Source of the DNA: an uncultured delta proteobacterium
GTDB taxonomy: Bacteria; Desulfobacterota; Binatia; UBA9968
Direction of reading: 5' to 3'
NCBI GenBank assembly: GCA_963727625.1
Contig: CAVSHR010000009.1
Span: forward strand, 224,001 to 288,000
Length of the DNA: 64,000 nucleotides
The position numbers were made by a program, and so were the translations under genes. Shown in pieces: positions 1-9,901 of this stretch; position 1 is the stretch's first letter; the number at the start of each line of letters is the position of its first letter. The notes beneath the pieces were generated by a model that worked only from the letters and a program-made list of their open reading frames with translations, did not search any database and was not told the DNA's origin.

Positions 1-2
1 GG

Positions 3-452
3 CTTAAACAGGAAACCGACATCTGGTTTGAGATCACCAATCTCATGATTCCCGGAGAAAACGACGACCCCGATGAAACCCTGCGGTTAGCATCGTGGGT
101 GGTTAAAAACTTGGGCGATTCGGTGCCGCTCCACTTCACCGCCTTTCACCCCGACTTCAAGCTGACGGACAGACCGCCGACGCCAGCCGCCCTGCTCAGG
201 CGGGCCAGACAGATCGCCCTCTCGGTCGGGGTTAAATTCTGCTACGTCGGCAACGTCCACGATAGCGAGGGGCAGACAACCTTCTGCCCCGCCTGCCATC
301 GAGTTTTGATCCGCCGTTCATGGCATGCAATTCTTCAGAACAACCTCGACGGGAATTGCTGTCCCTGCGGTGAAATCATTCCAGGTTATTTCAGTCCCGA
401 CCGGAACTCTGCACAAAGACGGCAACCCAGGCGACGCTTGCTGCCGAACTGA
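3..452 (+). CDS. amrS: AmmeMemoRadiSam system radical SAM enzyme, C-terminal part (5' end outside window)
   Basis: Open from base 3 (LKQETDIWFEITNLMIPGEND...PLHFTAFHPDFK...YVGNVHD..T.CP.C); typical AmrS/PflA-like C-terminus. Confidence 0.8.
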   Translation, partial: LKQETDIWFEITNLMIPGENDDPDETLRLASWVVKNLGDSVPLHFTAFHPDFKLTDRPPTPAALLRRARQIALSVGVKFCYVGNVHDSEGQTTFCPACHRVLIRRSWHAILQNNLDGNCCPCGEIIPGYFSPDRNSAQRRQPRRRLLPN

Positions 453-522
453 CGAGCGCCCGCGCAACCTCGCTGGCGCAATTTGGCGATTTGTGTTTTA
501 AAGAAGACTCTTGTCTACTCCT

Positions 523-2922
523 ATGGCAAAAGCAAAAAAACGCATTCGAAAGTTTCGCCCGCACCTCGACATCCTCGAGGATATCAGCGCCCTCATCAGC
601 CATTCGTACGACTTGCAGGAAACCCTCGACAGTATCGTCGCCACGGTGGCCGACCGCATGCAAACCGAAGTTTGCTCGATCTATATCCTCGAACGCGACA
701 AGAAGCGCTTAACCCTTCGCGCGACGATGGGTTTGGATCCGGAATCCGTGGGCAAAGTTTCCATGGATACGAGGGAGGGCTTAACAGGATTGGTCATTGA
801 GCGGATGAAGCCGGTCATGGTGGCCGACACACTCGCCCACCCGCGCTACAAGTACTTTCCTGAAACCCATGAGGAGCATTTTCACTCTTTTCTCGGCGTG
901 CCGCTGATGGACAGAAAATTGCCCCTCGGCGTCTTGGTCGTCCAGACCTCGCGTCGGCGGGAATTTTCCCGCGACGAAATCCGCCTACTGGTGACAATTT
1001 CCGCGCAGGTGGCGAGCATCATTGTTCAGGCCCGGCTGGCCGAGTCGCTCAAGAGCAAAGAACAGGAGCGCAAGGATTTTCAGAAGCGCATGAACGAAGC
1101 GATGCGCAAACTACGCTCCTACGAGGGAAGTCGCCGGGAAAAGACCGCTAAATCCAAACAGCGCTGGCGCGGCCGATTAAACGGCCTGGCGGCATCGCCC
1201 GGCTTCGGTCGCGGCAAGGCTTTCGTTTTGCAACCTCGCATGGATTTGAGCGCGATTAAAAAGAAAAAAACGCGAAACCCGGAGCGCGAGATGGAGCGCT
1301 TTCGCGGCGCAGTTGAGCGCGGCATCGAGCAGGTCAACGTGGTCAAGAATCGGATGAATCAATTGATCTCGAAAGAGGAAATGGCCATCTTCGATGTTTA
1401 TCGTTTGATTCTTGAAGATCCCTCGATCATTCAGCAGATCGAATCGCAAATTTTCGACGAGGGCTACGTTGCGGATTTTGCGGTGAAAGTCGTTTTCGAG
1501 CACTATCTGGAGTCAATCGGGAATATCGACGACAATTACCTGCGCGAACGCACAACCGACGTCAAAGACGCGGCGCAACGGCTGCTGGAAAACCTGAACG
1601 GTATGTCGGGACAACAGTATAATATTCCTGATGACGCGGTTTTGGTCGCCGAGGATCTCTCGCCCGCCGATTTGAGCATGCTCGAAGGCGATAAATTCAA
1701 AGGCATCGCGCTGGCCACCGGCGGCGTGACCTCACATGCATCGATTCTGGCTAAGTCCTTTGAGATTCCCAGCGTCGTCGCTATCGAGGAGTTGATGGAG
1801 TCAGTCCACCAGGGCGACATGCTGATCATCGACGGCAACGCCGGCAGCGTGCATGTCAATCCGAATACCGAGGTTATCCGCGAGTATGATCGCCTGGAGC
1901 GGGATTACGCGGAGTTAAATCGCGAATTGGGAGAACTCAAAAACTTGCCGGCGGAAACCACCGACGGTCATCGCGTGTCGCTCTACGCCAACATCGGCTT
2001 GCTCAGCGACGTCGCCTTCGCACAACTGCACGGCGCGCAAGGGGTCGGACTTTACCGCACCGAGATTCCGTTTTTGTCCCACCGGGATTTTCCCAGCGAA
2101 GAAGAGCAATACTCGCTTTACAGCCGAGTCGTCGAAGGCATGGCGGGGAAACCGGTAACGATTAGAACCCTGGATATCGGCGCCGATAAGTACCCTACCT
2201 ACATGCGCAGCGTTGCCGCTGAGCCAAATCCGTTCTTAGGTTGGCGCTCGATCCGGATCTCCCTGGAAGTAGAAGAAATTTTTAAAACCCAATTGCGTGC
2301 GATTTTGCGCGTCGGCAATCGCGGTCGCGTGCGCATGCTGATCCCGATGATTTGCAGCCTGGAAGAGATCCTAAAAGTTAAGGAAATCCTCGCCGAAACA
2401 AAGAATGAGCTCGAACACGAAGGCACCCCGCACGATCGTCAGATGGAGCTTGGAATCATGGTGGAAATTCCCGCCGCAGTCCAGCTTGCCGACCGATTTC
2501 TGCGCGAAGTTGATTTTTTGAGCATCGGCACCAACGACCTCATCCAGTACATTTTGGCTGTCGATCGCAGCAATCGAAAAGTCGCAAACCTCTACGAGCC
2601 GTTGCACCCGGCGGTCCTTTCGGCATTGAACTCAACCATCGAAGCGGGCAAGCGGGAAGGCAAACGGATAGGGCTGTGCGGCGAAATGGCCGGCGACCCC
2701 CTATGCGCCTTGCTTCTATTGGGTATGGGATTGGAAGAGTTTAGCATGGGCTCGCTTTATCTTCCGGCCGTCAAAAAAGCCATTCGCTCGATCAGCTATC
2801 GGGCGGCCAAAGCGGCGGCCGAGATCGTCCTTAAGATGGATACCATCGGGGAAATCAAGCGCTATTTATTTGAGCAAATGCGTCAGCTTGGCATGGTCGA
2901 GCTCTTGGAAATGTATCACTAG
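523..2922 (+). CDS. ptsP: GAF-containing phosphoenolpyruvate-protein phosphotransferase (enzyme I-Ntr type)
   Basis: N-terminal GAF; TSHASI phospho-His motif; GVGLYRTE, RTLDIGADK, EPNPFLGWR, SIGTNDLIQY, CGEMAGDP. Confidence 0.93.
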   Translation: MAKAKKRIRKFRPHLDILEDISALISHSYDLQETLDSIVATVADRMQTEVCSIYILERDKKRLTLRATMGLDPESVGKVSMDTREGLTGLVIERMKPVMVADTLAHPRYKYFPETHEEHFHSFLGVPLMDRKLPLGVLVVQTSRRREFSRDEIRLLVTISAQVASIIVQARLAESLKSKEQERKDFQKRMNEAMRKLRSYEGSRREKTAKSKQRWRGRLNGLAASPGFGRGKAFVLQPRMDLSAIKKKKTRNPEREMERFRGAVERGIEQVNVVKNRMNQLISKEEMAIFDVYRLILEDPSIIQQIESQIFDEGYVADFAVKVVFEHYLESIGNIDDNYLRERTTDVKDAAQRLLENLNGMSGQQYNIPDDAVLVAEDLSPADLSMLEGDKFKGIALATGGVTSHASILAKSFEIPSVVAIEELMESVHQGDMLIIDGNAGSVHVNPNTEVIREYDRLERDYAELNRELGELKNLPAETTDGHRVSLYANIGLLSDVAFAQLHGAQGVGLYRTEIPFLSHRDFPSEEEQYSLYSRVVEGMAGKPVTIRTLDIGADKYPTYMRSVAAEPNPFLGWRSIRISLEVEEIFKTQLRAILRVGNRGRVRMLIPMICSLEEILKVKEILAETKNELEHEGTPHDRQMELGIMVEIPAAVQLADRFLREVDFLSIGTNDLIQYILAVDRSNRKVANLYEPLHPAVLSALNSTIEAGKREGKRIGLCGEMAGDPLCALLLLGMGLEEFSMGSLYLPAVKKAIRSISYRAAKAAAEIVLKMDTIGEIKRYLFEQMRQLGMVELLEMYH

Positions 2923-2959
2923 GTCGTGTTTGGACTGAACGCGAGGCTGTTGTCTGGGA

Positions 2960-2988
2960 TTGATTTTTTGACCGATTGGGGTTATGTT
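2960..2988 (+). promoter_or_regulatory. Sigma-70-like promoter
   Basis: TTGATT (2960-2965), 17 nt, TATGTT (2983-2988), upstream of RBS AAAGGA and ATG 3029. Confidence 0.55.
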
Positions 2989-2992
2989 AAAG

Positions 2993-3010
2993 TTCGAACG
3001 ATCGTTCGAA
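2993..3010. promoter_or_regulatory. Perfect 18-bp palindromic operator
   Basis: TTCGAACGATCGTTCGAA, overlapping the predicted transcription start. Confidence 0.7.
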
Positions 3011-3028
3011 TAGGAAAGGATCTTCCCG

Positions 3029-4135
3029 ATGATCAAAATCTCTACTTTCGATGACTGGATCGAATATTTTCGTCAATGGCAAAAGGACATTGGTTACGAC
3101 CCCGCGCTTCTAGGCAATTACAAATTCGAAACCAAGTTAGGCGAGTTGCACTCCTCTGAGATCGAATTCGGCGATTTCAAGGGGCAACCGAAGTGGCAAC
3201 GGCTGACGCAGATCCCCAATCAATCGATCCGCGACGCATTGATGAATTTAATTGTTTATCAAGGGGACACCGAGTTCGCTTCGGTTGAACAGCAAAAGAA
3301 CCTGCTCGACACGGCGCCGACGGACTACGATCGCCAGGCGCTGATTCGCGTCAACAGTGAAGAAATGCGCCATGGCTGGCAGATGTGTTATCTGCTGGTC
3401 AATTACTTCGGCGATTCGGGCAAGTTGGAAGCGCGAAAACTTTTGGAGCGCCGTGCTTTTAGAGGCGATCGTTTGCTCGGATCGTTCAACGCCCCGGTCA
3501 ACAACTGGCTCGATTTTTTTACCTATACTGAATTCGTCGACCGTGACGGCAAATACCAGCTCACTATGCTATCCCACTCTTCCTTTGCGCCGCTGGCTGA
3601 AAGCGTCACGGCCATGCTTAAGGAAGAGTTTTTTCACATGTTTACCGGCCACACGGGTTTGACCCGTATCCTTCGGTCCGGGAAAATCCCGATTCCGATC
3701 GTGCAAAAATATTTCAACAAGTGGTTATCCACCGCTTACGACCTGTTCGGCACCACTCGGTCGTCTTCGGCTCACTGGGCTTACACCTGGGGTCTGAAAG
3801 GCCGGATGGACGAGCATGAAGCAACGGCGCCTGCGGACAAGGAAAAGCTCAACGATTTGGCGCGCAGCCATTATTTGCTCGAAAGCGCCAAACTCATCGA
3901 GCAGTTGAATCAACTGGTGCCGGCGGATCACCCCAAACTCTATGCTCCGGATTTGAAGTTCAACCGCTCCATCGGTGAGTTTGTCGGCAAACCTTACGGC
4001 GTCACTGGCGAACTGATGTCTCCCGCAGCTTACACGAAGCATGTGGCCGAAGTTCTGCCTACCGAGGCCGATGAAAAAATCCTGGCGGAGATCGTTAAAG
4101 GCAAGGACTGGGTCGCGCAAATGCAGCTCAACTAA
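3029..4135 (+). CDS. BoxB/PaaA-like di-iron aryl-CoA epoxidase subunit
   Basis: QGDTEFASVEQQ, EEMRH, DRDGKYQL, EEFFH resemble the BoxB di-iron motifs; 368 aa, shorter than canonical BoxB. Confidence 0.8.
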   Translation: MIKISTFDDWIEYFRQWQKDIGYDPALLGNYKFETKLGELHSSEIEFGDFKGQPKWQRLTQIPNQSIRDALMNLIVYQGDTEFASVEQQKNLLDTAPTDYDRQALIRVNSEEMRHGWQMCYLLVNYFGDSGKLEARKLLERRAFRGDRLLGSFNAPVNNWLDFFTYTEFVDRDGKYQLTMLSHSSFAPLAESVTAMLKEEFFHMFTGHTGLTRILRSGKIPIPIVQKYFNKWLSTAYDLFGTTRSSSAHWAYTWGLKGRMDEHEATAPADKEKLNDLARSHYLLESAKLIEQLNQLVPADHPKLYAPDLKFNRSIGEFVGKPYGVTGELMSPAAYTKHVAEVLPTEADEKILAEIVKGKDWVAQMQLN

Positions 4136-4198
4136 CTTCGGTGCGGAGATGTTGCATCTCAGTTCGTACACTAGTAATTAGGACTCAAGGAGAAACCG

Positions 4199-4522
4199 GT
4201 GAGCCGAGTCTGTCTTATCTGTCAGAATATCGATTGCAAGTCCCGCGGTTCGGAACAGCTCATGGCCGAACTTCAAAAGCGCGTCGCCGCCAAAGGATTG
4301 ACCGATGTCGAGGTCAAGCCCTACATGTGCTTTGGCGCTTGCCAAGAGGGACCCAATATCGTTCTTTACCCGGAAAAAAGTTGGTATGCCAAAGTGAAGG
4401 TTGAAGATCTCGACGAAATCACGGATCATCTCGCTGGCGGCCCCCATGTCCAACGGCTCGATACCATCGATTCATCCCTGAAAGAACTGATTTACCAACT
4501 CCTTGATACGGGGGTCATTTAG
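4199..4522 (+). CDS. Thioredoxin-like [2Fe-2S] ferredoxin (NuoE-like domain)
   Basis: C-x4-C ... CFGACQEGP pattern; RBS AAGGAG; GTG start. Confidence 0.85.
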   Translation: MSRVCLICQNIDCKSRGSEQLMAELQKRVAAKGLTDVEVKPYMCFGACQEGPNIVLYPEKSWYAKVKVEDLDEITDHLAGGPHVQRLDTIDSSLKELIYQLLDTGVI

Positions 4523-4525
4523 CCC

Positions 4526-5785
4526 ATGGAAGGTATTCTATTCCCTCACGGCGTTCCCGAAGGCCGTGAGGGACTGGAGAAATACCGTGACCGCGGCGGC
4601 TACGAGGCCCTAGCCAAGGCCGTTAAAGGGCCGCGCGAAGAAATCATCAAAGTCGTCTCGGATGCCGGCCTGCGCGGTCGCGGCGGCGCTGGATTTCCGA
4701 CCGGAAAAAAGTGGCAGTTCACGCTCGAAGCGCCGGGGGAGCCTCGTTACCTGGTGCTGAATGGCGGTGAGGACGAGCCGGGTAGCAAGAAGGACCGGGT
4801 ACTTTTGGAAAATCTGCCTCACCTGGTTATCGAAGGCACAATCCTCGGCTCCTACGCAATCGGTGCTGCGAAGGCCTACCTGTATATTAACGCGCGCTAT
4901 GAAGTCGCGATGAAAAGCATTAACGACGCACTGGCTGAAGCACAAGGCGCGGGTTACTGGGGGCGAAAAATTCTCGGCAGCGATTTCAGTCTCGATATAG
5001 AAGTTGTTTCCGCGCCGCATAACTATGTGGCCGGTGAGGACACGGCCGTGCTCGAGGTCCTCGAAGGGAAAAAGCCCTGGCCCAGACAAAAGCCGCCATT
5101 TCCGGTGACTGTCGGATTGTTCGGCAAACCGACGTCGGTAAATAACGTCGAGACATTGGCCAACGTGGCGCCGATTCTGTTGAAAGGCGCAAACGGGTAC
5201 CGCAGCTTCGGCACGGCCGAGAGCACGGGCACGATGATCTTTTCGCTCAATGACGACGTCAATCGACCCGGCGTCTACGAGCTCCCCTTCGGCACGCCGT
5301 TGCGCTATCTGATCGAAGAATGCGGCGGCGGCATCAACGGCGGCAAACAAATCAAAGCCATCATGCCCGCAGCCCCTTCATCTGCCTTTCTGCCGCCGGA
5401 CAAGATTGACACTCCGCTCGATCATAATTCGATGCGCGACGCCGGCTCTGCGTTGGGATGCGGCGTGGTGCGGCTGATCGCCGAAGGCAGCTGCATCGTC
5501 GAAGAAGTTTTAAAGATTGCCGAGTTTTTTACCGCCGAATCATGCGGCCAGTGCCCCGCCTGCCGCATGGAGACTAATACGCTGGCGATGATGATGAAAA
5601 AAGTCCAAGCCGGACAGGGCGGCCAGCCGATTCTCGAGCAGTTCGGCAAGATCCTCGCCTTTAACAAGGGAAAGGGCTTCTGCAATCTCATCGCCATGCC
5701 CGGTCCGCCGATCGAAAGCGCGCTCAAACTATTCCCCGGAGATTTTGAATCCCATCTGAGCACCGGTAAATGTCCGGTGAATTAA
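4526..5785 (+). CDS. NuoF-like NAD(P)H/FMN-binding [4Fe-4S] flavoprotein
   Basis: GLRGRGGAGFPTGKKW, EDEPGSKKDR, YVAGEDTA, NNVETLAN, ESCGQCPACR...C; no other nuo genes adjacent. Confidence 0.9.
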   Translation: MEGILFPHGVPEGREGLEKYRDRGGYEALAKAVKGPREEIIKVVSDAGLRGRGGAGFPTGKKWQFTLEAPGEPRYLVLNGGEDEPGSKKDRVLLENLPHLVIEGTILGSYAIGAAKAYLYINARYEVAMKSINDALAEAQGAGYWGRKILGSDFSLDIEVVSAPHNYVAGEDTAVLEVLEGKKPWPRQKPPFPVTVGLFGKPTSVNNVETLANVAPILLKGANGYRSFGTAESTGTMIFSLNDDVNRPGVYELPFGTPLRYLIEECGGGINGGKQIKAIMPAAPSSAFLPPDKIDTPLDHNSMRDAGSALGCGVVRLIAEGSCIVEEVLKIAEFFTAESCGQCPACRMETNTLAMMMKKVQAGQGGQPILEQFGKILAFNKGKGFCNLIAMPGPPIESALKLFPGDFESHLSTGKCPVN

Positions 5786-6085
5786 GCGGCAACCGATCCT
5801 CCCCGAAATCAATTCTTGCAGATCAATGCAATCTATCTCGGACCTTTTCTGACTGATCCGAGAGCATGCTAAATGTCGCGGCCCTTCTTCGCTGCCGGTG
5901 GCCCCAAGGCTGAGGGCCGTCGGCGCATCCCCCGCCACGTAGACGCTTACCGGTCTTCGTTCAACATGACATGGACCTCGCTCTCGACTACAATGCCGAG
6001 ACGGTGGTACCCTGCTATTGATTTCAAAACTACCCGCGAGCTGCGGTGAATAGATGATTGCCGGCACGCGGTCAAGGATGGACTC

Positions 6086-6919
6086 ATGCGACTCGCACCG
6101 CTCAAGTGGCCGAACAATGCCAAGATCGCCGTCAGTTTTTTCGTCGCCTTTGAGGCCTTTGACAAGTATTCGCAGTACCGCCGCGGCGAGGGCGGCAAAA
6201 CCGACTACGCGTCCGTTGCCTATGGAGAATACGGCGGCAAGGCCGGAATCTGGCGCATCATGGATGTCCTTTCGCGCAATGGAGTCAAGGGCACCATCGA
6301 CACCAACGGCCGTGTCGCTGAAGTTTTCCCCGACGCGTTAAAAGCCTTGAGCAACGCGGGCCACGAAATCGTCGGCCATGGTTGGGTCAATGAAATTTAC
6401 CTGACCTCGTTGGAACCGCCGCAGGAAAGGGAGCTGATCCATCGAACTCAAGAAAGCCTTGCCGCCGTGACCGGCAAGCGACCCGTCGGTTGGGTCAGTC
6501 CGGGCCATCGCATCAACGCACACACTTTTGAATATTACGTCGAGGAAGGAGTTTACTGGACTGGCGATCTGCCCGGCCCGGATATTCCTGAGCACCGGCT
6601 GATCAGCGGTAAGCCGCTGGTGATTATGCCGCGACTGGACTACGCCAACGATCATTCGCTGATCTTTCAGCGGAAAAACCCGGCCCGCTTTTATTTCGAA
6701 AGCTTTAAAACCGCCTTCGACTACCTTTATGCCGAAGGCCAAGCCGGTGCGCCCAAGCTCATCGATGCGCTGGTGCACGCGCATATCGGCGGGCGGCCGA
6801 ACATCATCGGTGTGTTCGAAGAATGTATCCGCTACGCCAAAAGCTTCAAGGATGTATGGTTCTGCACCAAAGGTGAAATCGCCAAATATTATATCGACAA
6901 TTACGTCGGCAAACCGTAA
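6086..6919 (+). CDS. Polysaccharide deacetylase family protein (PuuE-like)
   Basis: WPNNAKIAVS, EYG.KAGIWRI, GHEIVGHG, RPVGWVSPG. Confidence 0.85.
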   Translation: MRLAPLKWPNNAKIAVSFFVAFEAFDKYSQYRRGEGGKTDYASVAYGEYGGKAGIWRIMDVLSRNGVKGTIDTNGRVAEVFPDALKALSNAGHEIVGHGWVNEIYLTSLEPPQERELIHRTQESLAAVTGKRPVGWVSPGHRINAHTFEYYVEEGVYWTGDLPGPDIPEHRLISGKPLVIMPRLDYANDHSLIFQRKNPARFYFESFKTAFDYLYAEGQAGAPKLIDALVHAHIGGRPNIIGVFEECIRYAKSFKDVWFCTKGEIAKYYIDNYVGKP

Positions 6920-6931
6920 AGGAACAACTCC

Positions 6932-8110
6932 ATGTCGGACTCCGCAGTCGCCCAAAAAATTTTCACCGGGCTCAACTCGAATGATCTGCTTTTCAAACTC
7001 AGCTGGGAGGAATGGCTGAAAATCGGCCCGCCCTATGCCGATCGTTCATTCACCAGCGGCGACGCCACCGTCCGTTACCAGCGCAACGGTTACGATTGGG
7101 ACATGCACGGCACAATGTATTCGCCCCAGGCGGAGACCGATCCGCGCCGGGCCTTTGTCTTTTTCCATGGCGGCGCCGGCAGCGAAAAAATTATGGATTT
7201 GACTCCCGACGGACGGCCTGGCCTGGCGCGCGTGCTCGCCGCCCAAGGTTTCAAAGTGTTGGCGCTGACCTATCCCGGACATTACCCGCCCGGTGGTGTC
7301 TGGAAACAGCCGGTCGAGGCGCGTAATCCGATTTACCTCTTCGATCGCGAGCTAGGCCAGGAAGAAATTGCCGATCGCAACTTGAAATGCACGTTCAACG
7401 TCATCCTCCAAGGCGCTGGCCTGCTCACCGACGAACACTTTTCCGGACGCGAAATCATTGGCTTTGGTCATTCTACCGGCGGACCGATGGCGGTCCACCT
7501 CACGCGCTTTTCGAAGAAGACAAAAGTCATTGGCATCGTCGGATTCGGCAGCGGCGGCCCCGACGGCTGGCGGCTCGAATGGAGAGACCAAACCGGCGCA
7601 GAAAAATATACCGAAAAACCCATCGATCATGTGTCGCGGCGCTCGCCCGATTCATTTAAGGCATCGGGCTATATCGACCCCGCGGATCTGACCCCCTGGG
7701 GCGGCGCCGACGATTATATCCGTTTGGTCAATCCGCTACGCTCGCAGATGAAAACCAGCCTTTGCGATAATCAGCATAACGCCGCTGTCAGCATACTGGA
7801 AGAATACCCCAAACGAACCGGCCTGCCGCGCGAAGAGTATTTCGATCATTTGCAAGAACCCGACACGGACTGGTTAAAAACCATCCGCGTGTTGTTGACA
7901 GTGGGTGAAAATGACAAGGGCCATTGGGTTAGAGGCGCTCAAATCGAGCACAAGCGCGAGATGTTTATGGGTGCAAAGTACGCCGCCGCGACGCGCGGCG
8001 CCCATGTGGTATTGCTCCCGCGCTACGGTCATGTGGGATATGCCGAATTGCATAATGAAAAAATCGCTTATCTTTGGCTGTGGGCCTATGAGGCGGGCTA
8101 TTTCAATTAA
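6932..8110 (+). CDS. Alpha/beta hydrolase-fold protein
   Basis: FFHGG oxyanion motif, GHSTGG nucleophile elbow, C-terminal GH. Confidence 0.7.
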   Translation: MSDSAVAQKIFTGLNSNDLLFKLSWEEWLKIGPPYADRSFTSGDATVRYQRNGYDWDMHGTMYSPQAETDPRRAFVFFHGGAGSEKIMDLTPDGRPGLARVLAAQGFKVLALTYPGHYPPGGVWKQPVEARNPIYLFDRELGQEEIADRNLKCTFNVILQGAGLLTDEHFSGREIIGFGHSTGGPMAVHLTRFSKKTKVIGIVGFGSGGPDGWRLEWRDQTGAEKYTEKPIDHVSRRSPDSFKASGYIDPADLTPWGGADDYIRLVNPLRSQMKTSLCDNQHNAAVSILEEYPKRTGLPREEYFDHLQEPDTDWLKTIRVLLTVGENDKGHWVRGAQIEHKREMFMGAKYAAATRGAHVVLLPRYGHVGYAELHNEKIAYLWLWAYEAGYFN

Positions 8111-8138
8111 CTGACACGCTTGCGAGGGAGGTGGTCCC

Positions 8139-9212
8139 ATGTTGGTGAAAATTATTCTTGCGCTGTTTTGCGTATGCATGGCGCCGGACGCTTCGACGGT
8201 ATCGTTCGCAGCCCAGACTCAGCCGAAGACCCTGGCCGAGCTGGCACTTTACCAAGGCGCGGATCGCGACAAGATCCTTCTCGAAGGCGCAAAAAAAGAA
8301 GGGGAGCTCACCTTCTACACCTCGAACACTTGGGTCGCCGGTCCGGTCTCTCGAGAGTTCGAGAAAAAATACCCTTTCATCAAAACCAACGTCTGGCGCA
8401 GCGACTCCAAGTCATTATTGCGGCGGCTGAGCGAAGAACACGCCGCCGGCAAGTTTCTTGCCGACGTGGTCGAAACCAGCCCTGAATATGTGACGATTTT
8501 GGTCCGAAACAGCATGCTCCAGGACCACTTCTCGCCGGAGCTGCGCTTTTATGACGACGATGCCAAAGTAAAAGGTAAAAACGGCGTGCTGGCCTGGACT
8601 AACAGGGAAATTTATATCAGCTTGGGATACAATACCAAGCTCATTCCTCCCGCCGAAGCGCCCAAGACATTAAACGACTACCTCGATTCAAAGTGGAGAG
8701 GAAAAATGGCCATCGCAGGCACGACCACCGGCACTCGATGGGTCGGCGCCGTCTTGGAAGCGAAGGGGCGCGAGTTCTTGAAAAAACTCAGCGCCCAGGA
8801 AATCCGCGTGCAAAACATGTCTGGCGCGGCCTTGTCCGGTCTGGTCGCCTCCGGCGAAGTGCCGCTGTCGCCGACGATTTTCAATTCCAACGTTTTCACC
8901 CATAAACGGAAAAACGCGCCGATAGACTGGCGGCCCATCGATCCCGTCATCGCCGGCGTCGGCAGCTCAGGATTGATCGTCAACGCGCCCCACCCGCACG
9001 CGGCGCTGCTGTTTCTCGACTATCTCCATTCAAAAGTCGGCCAGCAAGTGGCGATGAAAGGTGGGCTCAGCTCGGCGCGCAGCGACATCGGCTCGCTGGA
9101 GAAAAAATTTAAAAAACTCTATTTGGAAAGCAAATTTACGCCCGAGGAATTCGAAAAGAAATTCAACGAGTGGGAAGGCCTTTTGCGCGAACTCTTCATC
9201 CGCAAGCACTGA
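8139..9212 (+). CDS. ABC transporter substrate-binding protein (AfuA/iron-thiamine-like)
   Basis: Signal peptide; GAKKEGELTFYTS, YNTKLI, APHPHAALLFLDYL. Confidence 0.85.
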   Translation: MLVKIILALFCVCMAPDASTVSFAAQTQPKTLAELALYQGADRDKILLEGAKKEGELTFYTSNTWVAGPVSREFEKKYPFIKTNVWRSDSKSLLRRLSEEHAAGKFLADVVETSPEYVTILVRNSMLQDHFSPELRFYDDDAKVKGKNGVLAWTNREIYISLGYNTKLIPPAEAPKTLNDYLDSKWRGKMAIAGTTTGTRWVGAVLEAKGREFLKKLSAQEIRVQNMSGAALSGLVASGEVPLSPTIFNSNVFTHKRKNAPIDWRPIDPVIAGVGSSGLIVNAPHPHAALLFLDYLHSKVGQQVAMKGGLSSARSDIGSLEKKFKKLYLESKFTPEEFEKKFNEWEGLLRELFIRKH

Positions 9213-9226
9213 GCGAACGAAACGGG

Positions 9227-9859
9227 ATGCCGCACAAGGTTCTCATCACCGGCGCCAACGGCTTTATCGGCTCGCACACGACCAAGCTGATGGAGCGCCT
9301 TTGCCACAAAGTCGTGCCCCTCGACGTAGTGCCACGCTCACCGGATTTGTTGCTGCTGGCCGTCAAAACGCCCAGCCAGATTATGAATGTAACCGACACG
9401 GCGGCATTCCGCGGGCTTTGCGATAAAAAGCGACCCATTCACGTTTTTCATGCCGCGCACCCGCCCCGGAACGAAGCTCCCTCCGTGATCAATTTTTGCT
9501 ATCAAGCGATGACGAACATTCTCGAAACGGCAATAGAATTCGGCATGAAACGCATCGTCTATTCGAGCTCCGCATCGATTTACGGCCAGCTTAACAAACC
9601 GGACGGAAGCCTGGTCAGGGAAGACGACGCGGTAACGATTTATCCGACCTATTTCTATCGTGCCGCGAAGACCGTTTCCGAATGGATGGGCAATTTTTAC
9701 AAAGAGAAACACGGCGTTGACTTCGTCGCGCTCAGGTATTCGTCGGTTTGCGGACCGGGGTTATATTGAAGCATTCCGCTTGAATTGAAAGCGGATCTTG
9801 AATCAAAGTTTGCCCGATGGGAGGGTTTAATGCGCCAGCTTTTCATGCAAAAAAGATAG
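9227..9859 (+). pseudogene. Truncated NAD-dependent epimerase/dehydratase joined to the C-terminal remnant of an ABC binding-protein gene
   Basis: ITGANGFIG and YRAAK motifs; TGA at 9767; frame continues ...ADLESKFARWEGLMRQLFMQKR* (TAG 9857), matching the 8139..9212 C-terminus (FEKKFNEWEGLLRELFIRKH). Confidence 0.75.
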
Positions 9860-9901
9860 CTGTCCGGTCGGCGCGAAAATCCAAAAGGAGCAACCGAATT
9901 T

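Noticed and set aside
4526-5785. Calling this gene nuoF of respiratory complex I
   Set aside because: No other nuo genes are adjacent and the motifs are divergent, so it is treated as a stand-alone homolog.
5790-6080. Possible gene remnant or RNA in the intergenic gap
   Set aside because: No recognisable motif or structure that I can support.
9767-9769. In-frame TGA in the epimerase as a second selenocysteine codon
   Set aside because: It is not at a Cys-type position, no convincing hairpin follows, and the downstream sequence belongs to another gene.
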